NCBI GenBank assembly: GCA_964016885.1
Contig: OZ024742.1
Coordinates: 94,984,001-95,048,000, forward strand
Length of the DNA: 64,000 nucleotides
Reading direction: 5' to 3'
Origin: Eledone cirrhosa
Lineage: Eukaryota
Position 1 is the first letter of the stretch, and every line of letters starts with the position of its first letter. The position numbers and the translations under genes are program-made. The notes beneath the pieces were generated by a model that saw nothing but the letters and a program-made list of their open reading frames with translations, was not told the DNA's origin and did not search any database. Shown here one piece after another: positions 12,637 through 24,173 of this stretch.

Positions 12637-13225
12637 AATATAATATCCGGTTACTGTAAGAACTCAATGCATAGTTTCCAGAAAGTATTGAGGTGTAGAA
12701 CTAAGCAGAGTGTAATTAAAATAATAAAAAGGATGATTTATGTCTTCACTATGTTTATTGAATAGTGATGTGCGTTTCACTATTGTTCAGCTCAAGGTTT
12801 GATCTGTATAAATCTAGCCTGATTCTGGAATAAAAAGCTTGCTGGACCTCTGCCATGGTCATGCCGACAAGTTTTTGATTCCTGAGTCTGGTTAGATTGA
12901 TACAGATCGTACTTTGAGCTGATTAATAGCGAAACGCACATCACTACATAATAAATATAATGAAGACATAACAAATCGTCCTTTTTATTATCATTATTAT
13001 TATTATTATTGAATGCTATGGTTGACGGAGACTCGGCTCTGTAAGGTATTGTAAATTTTGACCGCTATAACAATTGTAAATTGTTTAAAACTTTAACCAA
13101 CTTGTAGACAAAAACACCCTCCTCCTCGTGAGAGGGGTCTTTCTGCCCGTTATTTAGCCCTTCGGGGTTAAATAACCGCTTATTGGGGTTTTGTGCCCAA
13201 TATTTATTTTAAACAAAAAAAAAAC

Positions 13226-15329
13226 ATGGCTACGAAAAAGAATTTTCATAGGTCACTCCCACTCATTCCGTCTTCTTCTTCCTCAATCGTCACTACAGTA
13301 GAGAGAAGAGTGTCTCTCTCCCTCCCTTCTCTTTCGCAAGCGACGCCAGAAAAGAAAAATCACGTGCAAAGCGTGCAAGATTTCTACACGACGAAAAAGG
13401 TGTGCGGGAAATACAAAAACCCATTTCATTCGTCTGACGTCAGGAATAATAGCAGTAGCAGCCGTAATAACAGCAGCAGCAGCAACAGTGACAAGGAAAA
13501 CAACAGTAGCAGCCGCAACAGCATCAGCAGCAGCATAAACAACAACAGCATTAGCAGCAACAACAACAGCAGCAGCAGCAGCAACAACAACAACCACAGC
13601 AACAGCGGCGGCGGCAGTAGTCGTAGTACCTGCAGCAACAAGAAAAGTAACAGCAGCTCTGACGACAACAACAACAACAACAACAGCAGCAAAGAAAAAC
13701 CAATCTCGTTTGCAGGTATCGCAAAGAACCTGGAAACCATCCTCATAACAAATGAGGAATTAGAGGAAGCGAAGAAGATGGTGAAAAAAACTGGACACCG
13801 AGCAATCTGCAAGGCAGCCGAAACATTTTTCAAAACCCAACAGCATTGTACGCTCACGTACCGTACAGTAAGCAAAAAATCCCGTAGGGTTGAAAGAGCC
13901 ACAGAGGCTCAAATACAAAAAGTCTTAGGGTGTGTGTGGCAGCGGAAAACGCACATCACCCGAGGCAAGAAATATGCCACCGTAGACGTACTTTTTGCCA
14001 CACCCCAGGAGGCAAAGGCTCAATCCTTAGTGACCCTAAGGAGCGAGGAAATGGTGTTGGTGCCCTCCTACTGCGGGCAAAAAATTGTGAGGGTCAAACT
14101 GACCCACGTCCCCCCCCCCCCCCCCCGGGATGGACCCTTCTTGGCTGGCCGCGTCTGTCCTCGTCGGAATCGAGGACAAAACAATTGTACTGCAAGTACA
14201 GAAAAAAGTAAGAGAAGATTGGGTCGGCACCTCCATTGAGATGTTAATCCAAACCAACCAGGAGTGCATCGAAGCTATCCCGGATGTGATAGACTTCGAT
14301 AACGGCACTCAACTGCCCATAAGTGTTGAGGGCAAACGCCCGAATTGTTTTCGCTGTGGATCGAAGACTCACCTCAGGGCCTTCTGCAACGAGAAGACCC
14401 TGAGAAAGGAGAAAACCCCCCTCCTTCCGAAACAGGCTCCACGGCTACCAGCAACAGGATAAGCGGCAACCAGGAACGATAGGTCCGTGGCATCCATACC
14501 CACGCCACGGAAATCAAAAACAGCAGCAGCAGTGGAAGTATTAACAAAAATAACAGCAATACCAAATGCAGCTGCAACAGAGACTCCAGTGGAAACATGA
14601 CCAACAACAACAAGTGAAAGAGTGGAGCTGGTACCCCTCCCCGACCTCACAGAATCATACATGGAGTGTGAGGTGGGAGAGGGATGGCAAAAGGTCGTAA
14701 GAAGGCACAAACGCAGAAGCAGCGCATCGTCACCTTCGAAAAGGGAGGAAAGAAATGAAAAAAGGGTAAAGGCTACTGCAAAGAGACTCATAGCAGCAAC
14801 ACCACCAACACCATCACCACCCACACTAGCACCACCATCACCACCGGCGACAACTCCACCACCAACAACAACAACACCTACAACACCACCACCACAAGCA
14901 CCAACATCGCAAACACAACAAAACACACACACACAGCAACAACGACAAGAAAATAGCAGAACCACACCCCACCCCCAGAAAAACAAATGCACGGCAATAA
15001 ATACACACAACAAGAAACTAATGACTTACATAATTGAAAACACAGACATTTCACAGCACGACTACATAATACCAGCACCAATCAAAACGCTAACTAACAT
15101 AAGACTGCTAAAAATAGCACAGAAACAATACACAAACATTAAAACGAAATTCCCCAACGCAGTTGGTGATTTTAGAGACCGAGGAGGGACTCTCAACCGG
15201 AGAGTATATTCGGACATACTCATAGAAGAGCCGACGCCCAGCCGAAGGGACGATTCAACGGTCCCTTCACCAGACGATCAAGTGAAAAGGGATGGAAAAA
15301 CCATCCTTCCTCTACGAAAAGTACGGTAA
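13226..15329 (+). pseudogene. LINE ORF1 (Asn/Ser-rich N-terminus, RRM-like core, CCHC zinc knuckle, Pro/Thr-rich C-terminus)
   Basis: ORFs 13193-14239, 14130-14462 and 14622-15329 join across a poly-C frameshift (about 14110-14127) and premature stop(s). Knuckle CFRCGSKTHLRAFC. Clearly homologous to 16642-18661. Confidence 0.85.
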
Positions 15330-15364
15330 GTGGTCTTTCCCATCTTTTCCACTCTATTTTAAAC

Positions 15365-16196
15365 ATGACCTCACTCAGAATAGGCAGCATAAATGCGCGT
15401 GGCTTGGGGTCGTCATGGAAGCAGCAGGGTCACCTGCTCAACGACCTCAGGTCACTAAACATAGATGTAGTGGCCATCAGCGAGACCAGAATCTCCGAAG
15501 CACGGGCCTTCGCACCGATCTTCGGCGGCTACGATGTGTACGCATCTCCCAGCCGTCCTGGATCGGGGGGAGGAGTTGCTGTGCTTTTTCGGAGAAGTTT
15601 GGATCTCGCCATACGGGTCATAATCCTGGACCCAGAGGGTAAGTTGGTGGTGCTGGACGTTACCAGCGGAGACGGGCAAGCTTTCAGGCTAGTGGCCGTC
15701 TATGCCCCGACAGGAGCAGAGCGGCCTGATTTCTTCCGGCGCCTGGAGACCTTTCTTGGAACGTCCCGCTCTTTAGTGTTAGTGGGCGACTGGAACGGGA
15801 TCTTAGATGCAGCTGAGACTGTGTGGGATTAGCGGATAGGGGTGGAGGGTGCAAGAGCCTCACCAACCTGCTCAGGCGTTTTGAACTGTCTGACAGGTAC
15901 CGATTGGATTTCCCGAATGTGCCAATGTGGACTTGGACAAATGGCATAGGGTCATCCAGATCATATCTAGATAGAGTATTTTGTAGGGAAATAGATAGGT
16001 CTACAATTCAAGATAGTCAGCTACACGGACCACAAATGTGTGATCTGTGTGCTTGACTTAGATAGGCTTTATAGGCGAGGACCCGGCTACTGGAAGCTAA
16101 ACGCGTCCTTACCAGCGCGCAAGGCCTACAGAGACCGGATTAGCGAACTAGTTAAGCGGGCGTTGACGGAGGGCATCGTCAACAACAAGTGGTGGT
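15365..16196 (+). pseudogene. LINE ORF2 fragment: APE endonuclease
   Basis: LRIGSINARGL, DVVAISET, AVYAP, LVGDWN, SYLDRVF, GPGYWKLN. Frameshifted and truncated by the deletion. Confidence 0.9.
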
Positions 16197-16641
16197 CAGG
16201 GTCACTGTGGTCTTTTACTGGGCTTTCTCCACAAATGTTCCTCGGAAGTCTCCCCCCTATTGGGGAATTTTTCCTTGTTATTTTTTTGTTACATCCTCTG
16301 TTTTTGTTTTTTACACGCAGAAATGCCCATTTGTACCGTCCTGTATTGTCCTGCTCTATCCTTAATGTCTACTTTATGTAAACCCTTGTGGTTAATAAAG
16401 AAATTATTATTATTATTATTATTATTGGTTGGTGAAGCCACGCTTCTTATCGCCTCCAGTTTTTTTCAAAGTTTTACCTCTTTTTCAACCGTTCTAAATC
16501 TTTTATTCAAGTTTTAAATTTGATAAAAGTTTAGAAGAAGTGACCCACCCAATACAGGGGTTCACTAGTAAATAATACGGCACCCCTTTACGGGGTGTAG
16601 TATTCGTATTTGTGTAAAAATATTTTTTGAAAAATTTCAAC

Positions 16642-18661
16642 ATGGATAACACAAAAAAGAGAGAGAGCGCTGTCAGACAATACAGAGAGAGGGAGACTTT
16701 ATCAGCATGTCAACTCGACAGCGTTCCAGCAGAGGTAAATATAAACGAAAATATTACAAAGGAAAAAAAGATTGTTACAGATTTAAAATTAACAAATATT
16801 TCTAACACAAACAACACCAACAATAACACCAACAACAACACCAAAAATAACAGCGGTAAAGTCGAGAACGACAATAACAAAAATAACAGCGGTAAGGTCG
16901 AGAACGACAATAACAAAAATAACACCGGTAAGGTCGAGAACGACAATAACAATGACAATAACAACAGCCACAACAACAATAATAGTAGGAACAGTATCAA
17001 CAAAAACAACAATAATAACAACAGCCACAATAACAGTAACAGCAGCAACAGTATCAACGAAAACAACACCAACAACTGTACCAGCGAAAAGAACAACAAT
17101 GACACCGATACCTGTAATAGCGGCCTCAGCACCACCAGTAAGACCAGTAGCGGCAGCAATAGTGGCGCTGCTGAAAAAGGGACCACTTCTTTTGCAGGTG
17201 TCGCCCGAAATATCGAGACAGTGTTAGTCACAGAGGAGGAGATGGCCATGATGACAAGAAGCGCAAATAGAGTATCCCTGAAACCTCCACCCGATTTTTT
17301 CAAGGACCAGCAGCTACGAACGGTGACTTACCGCACCGTAAGCAAAATCTCACATCGAGTGGAGAGAGTCACGGAGGCTCAAATCCAAAAGGCCTTGGGG
17401 TGCGTCTGGGCACGTAAAACCCACATCACCCGAGGCAGAAAATACACCACAGTAGACGTACTTTTCGCCACCCCCCAGGAAGCAAAGTCTCACTCTTTGG
17501 AAACCCTAAAGAGTGAAGAGTTAGTCTTGGTGCCCTCTTACTGCGGGCAGGAAATTGTGAGGGTCAAAGTGACCCAGGTCCCACCCGACGTGCCCATACC
17601 TTGGCTGGCCGCGTCTGTCCTTGCTGGAATTGAGAACAGGGCGACCATGCTGCAAGTAGAAAAAATAGGGAGAGAGAACTGGTCAGGTATAGGCATGCAA
17701 ATGGTTATACAAACTGACCAGGAATGTAACGAGGCTATCCCCGATATCATAGACTTTGAGGAAGGACTCCAACTCCCTATAAGTGTAGAAGGAAGACGGC
17801 CAAAATGTTATTTCTGTGGGTCGAAAGGTCACTTCAGGGCCTTTTGCCCGCAGAAGACACCGAAGAGGGCCCCCCTTCTTCCAATACCTGGTCCGCTGCT
17901 ACCAAGAGCAGGACAGGCAACAAACGAAGAAGCCCCTTCCACGGTGAGTAGGAGGGCAACGTCCATAGCACCCGTACCAAGGCCACGGATAACTAAAGCA
18001 GCATCATCAGTAGCGGCAACACCAATAGCTACATTTGAAATAGCTACACCAGCAACAACATTGCCGAAGAGGGCTCCTCCACTACCACCACCAACAGCCG
18101 TGGGACACATACCCCTCCCAGACGCCACAGAATCCGACATGGAGTTTGAGGCGGAAGTGACGTGGCAAACAGTCTGCCACAAAAAACAAAAAACAAAAAA
18201 AACCCTTAGATTCACCCTCCAAAAGCGAAGGCATACAAAGAGGGGTAAAGGCAGCAAGGAAACTTGCAGCAACACCACCACCATCACCACCAAACACCAA
18301 CAACGCAAACACAACAAGACACACACACCAAACAGCAACAAAATCACCCCTCCCCCCAAAAAGTACACAACCATAAACATGGCAAAAAAAGAACTCATAC
18401 AACATATAAAGCAGCACACAGACATCACGGAAAAAAAATTACTACACCCTACCAACACCAAAAAGTCTCCCGACAAGCATAAGCATCATCGAAATCTCAT
18501 TAGAACAATACAAACCTTTAAAACAAAAATTCACCAACGCAGTTGGAGACTTCAGAGGGATGGTTACCAAGAGGATATACACTGACATCCTCTTGGAAAC
18601 ACCCATGACCAGAGAAAGGGACGGTTCTACTGTCCCTTCACCACACGAACAAGGTGAGTGA
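16642..18661 (+). pseudogene. LINE ORF1 with CCHC zinc knuckle
   Basis: 652-aa ORF 16627-18585 (likely ATG 16642); CYFCGSKGHFRAFC. The C-terminus is frameshifted relative to copy 1, and the TVPSP motif is recovered in another frame ending in TGA at about 18659-18661. Confidence 0.85.
16843..16950 (+). repeat. 36-bp coding tandem repeat x3 (KNNSGKVENDNN)
   Basis: aaaaataacagcggtaaggtcgagaacgacaataac repeated three times within ORF1. Confidence 0.9.
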
Positions 18662-18693
18662 CCCTTTCTCATTTGCCTCATTTCTCATCCAAC

Positions 18694-21600
18694 ATGGCTG
18701 TACTCAGAATAGGAAGTATAAATGCACGTGGCCTGGGGTCATCTTGGAAGCAGGGTCGCCTCCTTAATGACCTCAGGTCACGAAACATAGATGTGGTGGC
18801 CATCAGTGAAACCAGAATCTCTGAGGCACGGGCCTTCACACCGATCTTCGGCGGCTACGATGTATACGCATCTCCCAGCCGTCCAGGATCGGGGGGAGGG
18901 TGCTGCCGTCCTTTTTCGGAGAGGCTTGGATCTCGCGATACGGGCCATCTTCCTGGATCCAGAAGGTAAGTCGGTGGTGCTGGACGTGACCGGCAACGAA
19001 GGCAATGCTTTCAGGCTAGTAGCCGTCTATGCCCCAACAGGGGCAGGATGGCCAGATTTCTTCAAACGTCTAGAGACCTTTCTTGGAACGTCCCTGCTCT
19101 TTAGTGTTAGTGGGCAACTGGAACGGTATCTTGGATGCACACTGAGATCCTGTGGGGCTAGTGGATAGGGGAGGAGGGTGCAAGAGCCTCACCAACCTGC
19201 TCAGACGTTTTGAACTGTCTGACAGGTATCGACTGGATCACCCGAATGTGCCAATGTGGACATGGACAAACCGCGTCGGGTCATCCAGATCGTATCTAGA
19301 TAGGGTATTCTGCAGGGAACTAGATAAGGCTAGTATAAGTTGTCCACAATTTAAAATAGTCGACTACACAGACCACAAATTTGTGATCTGTGAGATCGAC
19401 AGAGACAGACTTCATAGACAAGGACCCGGTTACTGGAAGCTGAACGCGTCTTTCCTGGCACGCAAAGCCTACAGAGACCGGATTAGCGTATTAGTTAAGC
19501 GGGCGTTGACGGGAGCGGTCGTCAACAACAGGTGGAGGTTCGCCCTGAAAAGGGCAATTAAAGTAGAGTTGATTAGGTTTAGCAAAGGAGTAGTGATAGA
19601 GGAAAATAGAGTAGAGGTAGAGCTAGTCAGAAAGCTAGAAGAGGCGTTTAGGACAGGCATCGCAACCGACGTGCTTGCGGCGAGATTGGCACTCGACCAA
19701 TTCTTCAACGCAAAACACGAAGGCTGCGTTGTCAGAGCTAGAGCGCGTGCTCTGAAACACGAGGGGACAAAAGCCGTCCAATGGGCCCGGGTGGCAGAGG
19801 CGCGACGTGGCAATAAAGCCACAATTCGGTCTTTGTCTGACCAAAACGGGTGCGTGATGCTCGAACCCGAGCGGATGTGTGAAGCTTTTCAGCAGCACTT
19901 TGCTGAACTGTTCGGGAGCGGCAGCAGCCTGGATCGGGACATGGACTTCAATGCATACCTCGACGGACTGCCTCGGCTCTCGACGACCGCAGCACAGTGT
20001 TGCGAAAAGCCAATAACAGCCTGTGAAATACGGGATGCGATGGCTAACTGCACAAGAGGTAAATCACCAGGTTTCGATGGTCTGCCCTACGAGCTTTATG
20101 CATTTATGCCAGACTTGTTCGGTGACCTCTTGGCAGACGTCTACTGCAACTGGCAGCAGAACGGGAACATTCCCAGTTTTGTGAGCCGCTGAGAAAAGAC
20201 CCGAACAAGGAGGATGTTATTTATAAATTCAGGCCCATAACTCTGCTAAACGCAGAGTTCAAGATTTTGGCCAAGGTGTTAGCAACGAGGTTGGCACTTG
20301 TCGTCAAGGGTCTGGTGGGAGAGGCGCAGACATGCGCCATCCCGGACAGATCCATACACGACAACCTGCACCTCATGCGATACATCATAGAGAGGGTGGT
20401 TAAGGAACCTGGCAAGGGTGGGGCCCTGATCAACTTGGATCAATCCAAAGCATTCGATAGGGTCGACCATCGGTACCTGGCGGCGGTCCTCGAGGCAGCC
20501 GGTTTCGGGCCCGTTTTCAGGCGTTGGATCGCGGCAATGTACAGTGACATCTGCTCAGTTGTGAGGTTGAATGGTCACCCATCGCAGGCGTTCAGCATCA
20601 TGCGCTCAGTCCGCCAGGGTTGTCCCCTCTCGTCCCTCTTGTACGTATTGGCTCTCGAGCCATTACTGCACAAACTGGGGGCGATGAGGGGCGTCCCACG
20701 CGAACTAGGATGCGGGAAATCCGAGTCGGCTTACGCAGACGACGTCACCGTGGTGGTGTCGAGCACCAGACACGTCCAGATGCTCGGCACCGCTCTCAAG
20801 GAATACGAAACGGTGACAGGATCAAAGATAAACCAGGAAAAGTCGGTGGGCTTGCAGCTAGGCACCTGGAGAGGCAAGTCCATGCAGTCCGACAGCGTCG
20901 TGGGGCGTTGGACGGACGGACCGGTTAAATTGCTCGGAGTCTGGTTGGGACCGGACCTCCAGATGGAGAAAAAACTGGAACGAGGTGACGAACAGGGTGG
21001 CCTCCCTCACCCAGAAATGGGCTGAGAGGAAGCTGTCCCTGAAAGGCCGGGCGGAAGTGGCAAATGCGTACATCGCATCCGTCATCTGCTACCGCCTCAC
21101 CGTCGTCCCTTGCTCCAGCCCAACTCTCACCAAAATGGAGCGCCTCCTCTTCCGCTTTTTGTGGAAGGGACGCGCTCCCATGGTCAGACGATCCATCTGC
21201 TGTCAACGCCCGTTGCGTGGAGGACTGGGCATGCCATGGCTGATGATGCGCTGAGGCTGCGCAATCTCTGGTGCTTCCTTGATGGTGAACGGGTGTGGTC
21301 GCCGTTCGCCAGACACATTTTCCCACAGCTCGTCTCCTTGACGGAGCTGCAGTCCTGGGTCAGAAAAAGACCGAGGGATAGCGCTTGGAAACTGGAATGT
21401 CTCCAGGCGCTCACTCCCCTCTCCCAGTTGGGCACCATTTTCGGTGGAACATCCACCTCGGCGTTCTATAGAGGACTAGTGGAGGAGAAGAGCGACGACG
21501 TTCTCGGAGAGATCCTGGGCGTTGAAGAAGATCAGCTGCTTGCTCTCTTCTGGAGAACTTTCAGCCCGGGGCCTATGGATAACTTCCAAAAATCCCTGGC

Positions 21601-22089
21601 CTGGCAGTGCTACAGGGGAGCGTTGCCGGTTCGAGATAAGATCTACAGGCACGGAAGTGCCGTCAGCCGAGCCTGTCCGAGATACGCACAGAGCGACGTA
21701 ACCGTCGTGCACGCACTCGTTCAGTGCCCGAGCATTGCTGACTTGTGGAGCTATGTCGAACAGTTGCTGTCACGTGTGGGACTGATCCGGTTGTCGACTG
21801 AGTCCATTGTGCAGATGATCTCGCCGTCTTCCTTTGAGGAGGAAGGGCAGGCGGTTTTCATCTGCCTGGTGGCCATGGCAAAAGAGATTGTGTGGTGGAC
21901 AAGGTTAAAAGGATTAAAGACAAACACTTTCCTCTTCGGCGAATCCCTGATTAACTTTTTCAAGTTTCATTGAAGAGGAAAATCAGGGTGGAGAGGCAAG
22001 TGCTGCTTTTTAGCAAGTTTGTTGAAAGGTGGGTGAATGTAGCGAGAATGGTCCGAGTGAACGGGACCACTCTGAACATACGTCTGTAG
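18694..22089 (+). pseudogene. LINE ORF2 (APE endonuclease + reverse transcriptase), multiple frameshifts
   Basis: SINARGL, TDHK, GYWKLN, GKSPGFDGLPYE, RPITLLN, LDQSKAFDRVDH, SVRQGCPLS, YADD at 20732-20743, LSLKGR, GGLGMP, CPRY..TVVHALVQCP. This is L1/Tx1 architecture. Confidence 0.93.
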
Positions 22090-22378
22090 TTTGAGAGATG
22101 GAAAAGTTGAGAGAGGGCGCTTGCCCTGGTAGTCAGGGTGGCCGTGGTCTTTTGTGTGGTTTTTGCCACGAGTAACCCTCGGAGGTTTCCCCCCTATTGG
22201 GGAATTTTTCATTGTTTCAATTTTCATTTTATTGTTTATATATATATATATGTTTTATGTCTTTTTTCTTTTCTTATATAAATAATACAAATATTTACAC
22301 GCACAAAACCCACAACGTACCGTCCTGTTCCGTCTGTGATGTTTTGCTTGATGTCAGCCCTTGTGGCCAATAAAGAAA

Positions 22379-22438
<60 letters not shown>

Positions 22439-23920
22439 CATATATAAATAAGTGACAGTGCTGGTGCCATGAAAATAGCTCCCAATATATGCTATAACAT
22501 GGTTGGTATTAGAAAGGTCATCCAGCCATAGAAAATCAACCCAGTAATGGAATGTATGAGTAAGCCATGGTTAGTGATCTGTCTAGCATCATAATGTGAC
22601 AGCACATCTAATTCATGCAAGCATGGAAAATAGAAGTTAAATTATAAGAGTATATGGTGGACTTCTACAGTTTCAATCTCCCAAATGTCTCTCACAGAGT
22701 ATAGTAGAAGACACTTGCAGTGGGAATGACCCCCCCCCCCCCCCCCACCCCCAAAACGAAACCAACAGCACAGCCATGCCTATTATGATATAAAATGACC
22801 ACAATGTCTGTATAATTTGCTGAATTGCATTGACATCAAGTCTGGCAGTAATTTAAGATAAAATGTTCAAGGTTTCCCCATATACATTAGTGATTTAAGT
22901 GAAAATATATGGCTATTATTAATATTTCATATTGTATTGCAAACTGTATTCTCCTCATTTCAATTTTCACAGTTCTTATGTTTAATTTTACTTACTCTGC
23001 ATCTCTGTATTTTATTTTCTCTTTTACCCAGAAGGTTCTGTCATATATGGTGTGATTTCTTGCTAAATATAATTTTGGTTAGGTCTTGGATTAATGGATG
23101 ACAAAATACATTTCTATTTCTTTGTTCTGAACATGACTTTCTTTAATACTACTCATAACACAAGTTACCATACCTTGTTGTATTCTTGTCTTTGTCTCTA
23201 AGGTTGAGAGGACTCTTCAATTGTAACAAAGACATGACAATCTCCCTTGTGTTAGTGTCATATTTAAAACATACTCTCCACACTCTAGGAAGGTCATTCG
23301 TCTGTGGAGTCTATGCCTAAAACTAGAACTTTTGAATGTGTGACCCCACCAGTCCATCTGGGACAACAGTAAAGGTTAAAATTAGAAGACAGCAACTCCC
23401 ATTAAATACTGACATGGCCTAACCCTTGACAGCATGGAAAAACAGATAGTAAATGATGAAAAAAAAGAAAGAAATTTATTTGATGGCAAATTGGCAAAGT
23501 AGTTAGGGAGTCTTAGGTATTTGTTCTGGCTCACTGCACTCTGAGATCAAATTCAATCAATCCAAAGTTTGTCTTTCATCTTTTTAGAATAAATAAATAA
23601 AGTACCAATCCAGGAGTATTGGATTGGTGGAACTGATAAAGAGTTGAACAGGATGCCTTTTGCTATCTGATCCAGCTCTGCGAATGGCAGATAGCATTAA
23701 AAATGAAAAGACCAATGGAATCATTGTTTCCTTGGTCTGATATGATGATTGGCTACTTTGCTTTTCTTTGTTATCATTTTGTGTTTATTTGTGTATCTAC
23801 TCTCCTATATGGATCAGGAAATCCTGTCTAGCGCAATATGTTCCATTTTGATCATTATTTCTACATAATGCCTAAGGCATAAATATCATATAATCTATTT
23901 TTTTTCTCATCCAATAAACA

Positions 23921-24173
23921 TTAACTCTTTCATTACTTTGTTAGCATATTTCTAATGAGAGACACTATCTTATGCTCTTGAATACAAACAAGAATCTAGA
24001 TGGATTTAATGATATAGCTAACTTTCACATTAAGATGGTGTTTCAAGTATAATTTAACAGTGGTTCTTACATAAAATTATAATAAAATGTTTTAGTAAAT
24101 ATTAACATTTTAAAATAGTTTTGTATCATAGACCCAAGGGCAGTTTCAGGTGATTTGATAGCTAAAGAATTAA
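23921..24173. mobile_element. Degenerate TTAA-flanked (piggyBac-like) MITE, family 2
   Basis: TTAActcttt...aaagaaTTAA. Its right end is the reverse complement of about 30243-30280. Similar remnants near 54056 and 61630-61843. Confidence 0.45.

Larger units (their letters stand above)
13011..16426 (+). mobile_element. L1/Tx1-clade LINE, copy 1: 5'-complete, RT region internally deleted
   Basis: 5' UTR, ORF1 with CCHC knuckle, ORF2 APE endonuclease, then an abrupt jump to a 3' UTR homologous to 22128-22380; AATAAA at 16394 and (ATT)n tail. Confidence 0.9.
16427..22432 (+). mobile_element. L1/Tx1-clade LINE, copy 2: full length (about 6 kb), frameshifted
   Basis: 5' UTR, ORF1, ORF2 (APE, RT, C-terminal Cys/His motif), 3' UTR, AATAAA at 22369 and (ATT)n at 22381-22430. 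Confidence 0.95.

Noticed and set aside
13283-13902. Poly-Leu/Val/Ala minus-strand ORFs (also 14369-15013, 16710-17303, 17829-18476)
   Set aside because: Antisense shadows of low-complexity ORF1 sequence.
13011-22432. Tandem segmental duplication or assembly artefact as the origin of the two LINEs
   Set aside because: 5' UTRs and ORF1 termini are unalignable and coding regions differ at many sites, which fits distinct subfamilies.
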